64,000 bases of DNA, taken from Pelagomonas calceolata (taxonomy: Eukaryota). The first letter of the stretch is position 1, and each line of letters starts with the position of its first letter. The translations under genes were made by a program, and so were the position numbers. The notes beneath the pieces were generated by a model. It was given only the letters and a program-made list of their open reading frames with translations, ran no database searches and was not told where the DNA came from. Where the stretch lies: positions 5,828,001 through 5,892,000 of the forward strand of contig CAKKNE010000001.1 of assembly GCA_918797485.1 (NCBI GenBank), written 5' to 3'. Shown here piece after piece: positions 60,310 through 64,000 of the stretch.

Positions 60310-62416
60310 TTAGAGCGAACCCTTCGGTTCGGGCGCGCGCCTCGGAAATCTGAGGTACGCGGGTATCACCGGTGTCGCGGCCTTGGGGCAATTTTCGAGA
60401 TAGGCCGGCGTGCTGCTGGCGACGTCTCGGTATTCCTCTTGGAGGTCGTACTTCTCCAATCCCCGCACCGACAGGGCCCATTCGCGCAGCACGTCGCAGG
60501 CCACGGGGCTTTTCGGTTTGCACCGGCTAAGGGGGCTTTTCGGTCTGCACTTGCTACTCCAGGGTTTCGCGGTGGTGAGGTGGACCGTCGAGAACACGTG
60601 GTTGCGGTGGAACCAGAAATACCTCATCCGGTCGGTCTGCAGGGAACTGATGAGGACGGCGTCGCCGGTCGACATGGTTTTCATTCGCTCCGTTGGATCG
60701 GTGCTCGCGGTGAAAAAGGCAGACAGGAATCCCTGGTCGTAGTAGGCGGAATTCCAGCCGTCGGGGTCGTCGCGTGTCGCCTTGTTGTGGTCGAATTTCT
60801 GGACCTCGGGGAGCTTGGCGAGCATCGCGTCGAACACGGTGCGGTTGGGCGTGAGGACCATGGCACCCGTGTTCCATTCCATCGTGTCTCGCTCCTGGAT
60901 GGCGATGGGCGTCGCGTAGTCGAACCAGTGAGCGATGTTCTGTCGAATGAAAATATCGCAGTCCAATTGAATAATCTTGTCGTATTCCGTGAAATTGAAG
61001 AAAAAGAGCTTGTTGAAGACTCCTGTGTGGAAATCAAAATTTTACGGCGTTCGTGCTGAATCATCGCGTCGTCCTCCACGCCATCGACGCGCCGATCGGG
61101 TGCACCCGACACACTGGTTGATTTCCACACAGGAAGACGCCCTCCCACAGACCCTTGTTGTGGATTTTCTTCATGATGATACTGTTGTCGACGGGGACGA
61201 GCTTGTGAATCAAGCCCTCGTCGCGCCACCGCATGAGGTAACGGAGCTCATGGTAGCGCGGTAGTGAATGATACTGTGGCGGCGCAGTCGTGGCCACAAC
61301 GACCTCGATCCCGTCGGCGACCATTCCTGTGTTGATCGCCTGGCGAAGAATGCTGTACAGACCTAATACATGCTTGTTGTCATCGACGTACATGGCCATA
61401 GCGTATCGCGGTTGCCCGTCCGCACCGCGCCGCGGCCCACTAATGCGCGCCGCGTCCGCACGCATCGCGTGCACCGCACGAGCGCGAGAAGGCGCCGTCT
61501 TGTTCCGGTTCCAATTCCACTTCGGCGGCTTTATGTAGCGCCTCTTGACCGTGTATTGAATGGAAGCGTCGCAATTCATGCGGACCTTCTGCTCCTTGAG
61601 GCTCTCGGCGAGGTAGTGCTCGGGGTTCCGAGCTTGCCCCGGATGCGCGCGAGTCGCCTTGCGGAGGTTGTAGCGTTGGACATTGACCGAGAACTTGCGG
61701 AACGTCGCGGGCGACGCGTAGCCGACGTGGTCCTGCACCCACTTCGGCCGTTGGCTCGCGCTTCCGTCTTTGGAACAGGGCCGCGTCGCCAATGCCCTGG
61801 GTACGATGCCCGCGCCGCCGTCGGCGATCTGCACCGGTAGCACGACGAGCCCTCGCTCGATCCATCTTTCGTTGAAGACAAGGGGCGCCTTGAGGCCCAG
61901 ATCGAAGCGGAACTTGATGATCACGTCATACGCCTCCGGCCGCCGCTCGATCATCAAGTAACCGCGCTTGATGAGCTCGAACATCGACGAGTGCCGGATC
62001 CTTCTCAAATAACTTTTGTACTTGCGGATGCCGGCCTGCGTCCGGTTTCTGGCATGCTGGGGGTTGAAGAACGGCAACCCAGACTTGATATCCCACGGCC
62101 GATAGAGCTCGGCGTGGAAGCGGTCGCGCGGGACGAAGGGCGCGTAGACTGCGTAGAGCTCGTCCTCGTCGAGGCTCTTCTGTTCCGTCTTACCCTGGCG
62201 GCTGGTGATGGCGTGGGCCTCGCGCTCCTGGTAGGTCGCGCAGAAGATCGAGAACGTGTACGTCGGATTCGCTTTGATGAGAAACTCGTCGAGCGTCGGC
62301 GCCGTGAGATCAAAGGTGCGCACGTGGCCCGTTAGCAGGATGGCCGCGCGCCGCGACTGCGCTTGTGAAAAAACACCGAGGCCGATCAGTCCGATGAGCC
62401 ACCTCATCCGTGCCAT
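60310..62416 (-). CDS. Two-domain secretory glycosyltransferase with a C-terminal GT8/glycogenin-like domain; exons 62416-61141 and 61022-60310
   Basis: After splicing: FNKLFFFNFTEYDKIIQLDCD...NTGAMVLTP...DQGFL...HLTTAKPW (GT8). The N-terminal domain has AILLTGHVR...YDVIIKFRFDL. Confidence 0.8.
61023..61132. mobile_element. Introner element
   Basis: Perfect TIRs CTGTGTGGAAATCAA / TTGATTTCCACACAG. TSD GAAGACTC / GAAGACGC. Confidence 0.92.
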
Positions 62417-62598
62417 CGACGCGTGGTTTTTATTTGTGTGGCTTAGACCAAAATTTCCAGGCCTTTCTCCTGTCAGCTCAGAGATTCTCAGACAGGCCTC
62501 GCCACCAGATAACTATAGTATAGAAGCTTAGAAAAAAAAGTGAAAAACTGCCCGGTTGAGTGATTGGTGGCCCGACGCGTCGATGGACCGTGGCTAGC

Positions 62599-62620
62599 CT
62601 AGTGTGTTACATACCGCTAG
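62599..62620 (+). promoter_or_regulatory. Conserved intergenic CTAG-box motif copy
   Basis: ctagtgtgttacataccgctag between divergent genes. Confidence 0.6.
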
Positions 62621-62778
62621 CTTGGCGGCGTCTCTCGTGCCTGGACTCGCGCTGATCGCGCAGCGGTGCTCTGTAAAAAGAGTCCTCAGCATCGCTGTCA
62701 TTCGTGCTCGGACCCGTTTCTACACGAGTGCTGCATTCGCTGCTGCGGTAGACACCCTTAGCCATCGTGGTCGCCACC

Positions 62779-64000
62779 ATGGCTGCCAGCGATGCGCCGC
62801 CGCCGCCGCCTGTTGACGAGGAGGACGAGCGCTGGGTCGACGTCACCGAGGACGTGGCCGGCGTCGCCGCGTCGCTGGACGTCGACGAGCTGCTCCGGGC
62901 GCCGACGTTCTCGCTCTACGACAGCATGTCCGCGCTGGAATTGATGGATCCCAAAATGGACGCGCTGGGCTCCGAGCCGCCGCAGCGGTCCGTGGCGGAG
63001 TTGTTGAAAGACCTGCCGGTCGACCTCGCGCCCGGCCCGGCCATCATTATACTAGATAGGCTACTCGCGCTCGAGGTGTCCTACCACGGCGGCGCGTCGC
63101 TGCACGACTCTATTTTAGAATGTGTCGCGTTGCGGGACCCCGCGACGGCGGCGCTGAGCGACGCGTCGCCGGCAAGTAAGGCCGTCGCGCAGGCCGCGAA
63201 TTTGACCTTGTGGGTCTGCGAGGCCGCGCGCGAAATTGTGGTCGCGGCGGACATTTTTGAAGAGGAGGACTTCGCGACGTCCACGACCAAGGTCAGCAAG
63301 GCCGTCGAGGAGGCGCGGCGGCGGGGCCGGGCGCTCCCCGTTGATGAATCTGTCGAGGACGCGCGGTTGCAGGCCCACGTTGCGCTGAGACGGTCCCTGG
63401 CCGAGGCCGTCGCGCGCCTCGGCGCGGAGCGGCACGCCCTTCAGGACGACGGCGGCGCGACGGACCGAGCCCGGAACGCTCTAGACCAGCTCGATGCCTT
63501 GGATGCGGATCATAGTGATGGCGACGCGACGATTGCGGACGCATGGTTCGCGACCTGCCGCGACGAGCACGCCACCACGAGAGGCGTCAGCCCGCCGCAG
63601 GGCGGCTGGGCGTCATCAGATGAACGGAAAGCAACGCGGGACGCCTGCCGCCAGCTGCTTAGGGGTTTGGACCGGGTCTGGGACCTGAGGAGGTGCCTGG
63701 CATTTTTAAGGTTCAGTGACGAGTCGACCGAGCTCCCGGCCCTACCTTCAGTGGATGCGCGGCGCTGCGAGCACGCGCACAGTCGTCTCCTCAGACTGTG
63801 CTTGAATGTTGGCCATCAATCAAGGGGCGGCGGCCGCTTCGTGCTGCCTCGGTCCTTCGCGGCGTTGGAATTGGGGGGCGCCGGCGCGCCGCTGCGGAAA
63901 CTCCTGAATCAGGACGACTTTGGCGCCGAGGCGTCGGCGACGCGCTTGGGGCGGGGGCCGAAGAAGGCGTCCGTGTTCGGCGTGGTCGTCGACTCGATCG
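62779..64000 (+). CDS. NAA35: NatC auxiliary subunit NAA35/Mak10 (partial, runs off the window)
   Basis: WVDVT...FSLYDSMSALELMDPKMD...LDRLLALEVSYHGG.SL...IFEEEDF. Absent from the ORF track, presumably because no stop occurs in the window. Confidence 0.85.
   Translation, partial: MAASDAPPPPPVDEEDERWVDVTEDVAGVAASLDVDELLRAPTFSLYDSMSALELMDPKMDALGSEPPQRSVAELLKDLPVDLAPGPAIIILDRLLALEVSYHGGASLHDSILECVALRDPATAALSDASPASKAVAQAANLTLWVCEAAREIVVAADIFEEEDFATSTTKVSKAVEEARRRGRALPVDESVEDARLQAHVALRRSLAEAVARLGAERHALQDDGGATDRARNALDQLDALDADHSDGDATIADAWFATCRDEHATTRGVSPPQGGWASSDERKATRDACRQLLRGLDRVWDLRRCLAFLRFSDESTELPALPSVDARRCEHAHSRLLRLCLNVGHQSRGGGRFVLPRSFAALELGGAGAPLRKLLNQDDFGAEASATRLGRGPKKASVFGVVVDSI

Noticed and set aside
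1..64000. Hundreds of overlapping and antisense ORFs in the track (e.g. 10662-11804, 17704-18882, 27676-28821)
   Set aside because: These are shadow ORFs expected in high-GC DNA; they are Arg/Ala/Ser-rich and overlap better-supported genes.

Overview
Gene-dense, GC-rich eukaryotic nuclear DNA with about 31 protein-coding genes, few introns and very short intergenic gaps. Gene content (the ciliary genes CEP83, TPGS1-like and TTC12-like, PRC1, NAA35) and TIR/8-bp-TSD introns suggest a flagellated pelagophyte alga such as Pelagomonas; this assignment is inference. Main observations: (1) an ADP-ribosylglycohydrolase (SelJ-like) gene whose domain runs through an in-frame TGA, followed by a SECIS-like hairpin that lacks the apical AA, i.e. 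a probable selenoprotein truncated in the ORF track; (2) at least seven introner-type elements (TIR CTGTGTGGAAATCAA, usually 8-bp TSD, GT or GC donor taken from the TSD) that splice in both orientations, one of which appears to carry the TSD of its neighbour; (3) a ~22-bp motif CTAGTGTYTTACA-N(1-2)-CCGCTAG found 11 times, always intergenic and almost always 5' of genes; (4) a CW-SAP-AlkB-SRA-ePHD-PHD chromatin protein; (5) a 1.5-kb non-coding island with a ~290-bp periodic repeat and a ~460-bp imperfect palindrome. No rRNA, tRNA or CRISPR array was recognised. All family calls come from motif recognition by eye, not database searches.
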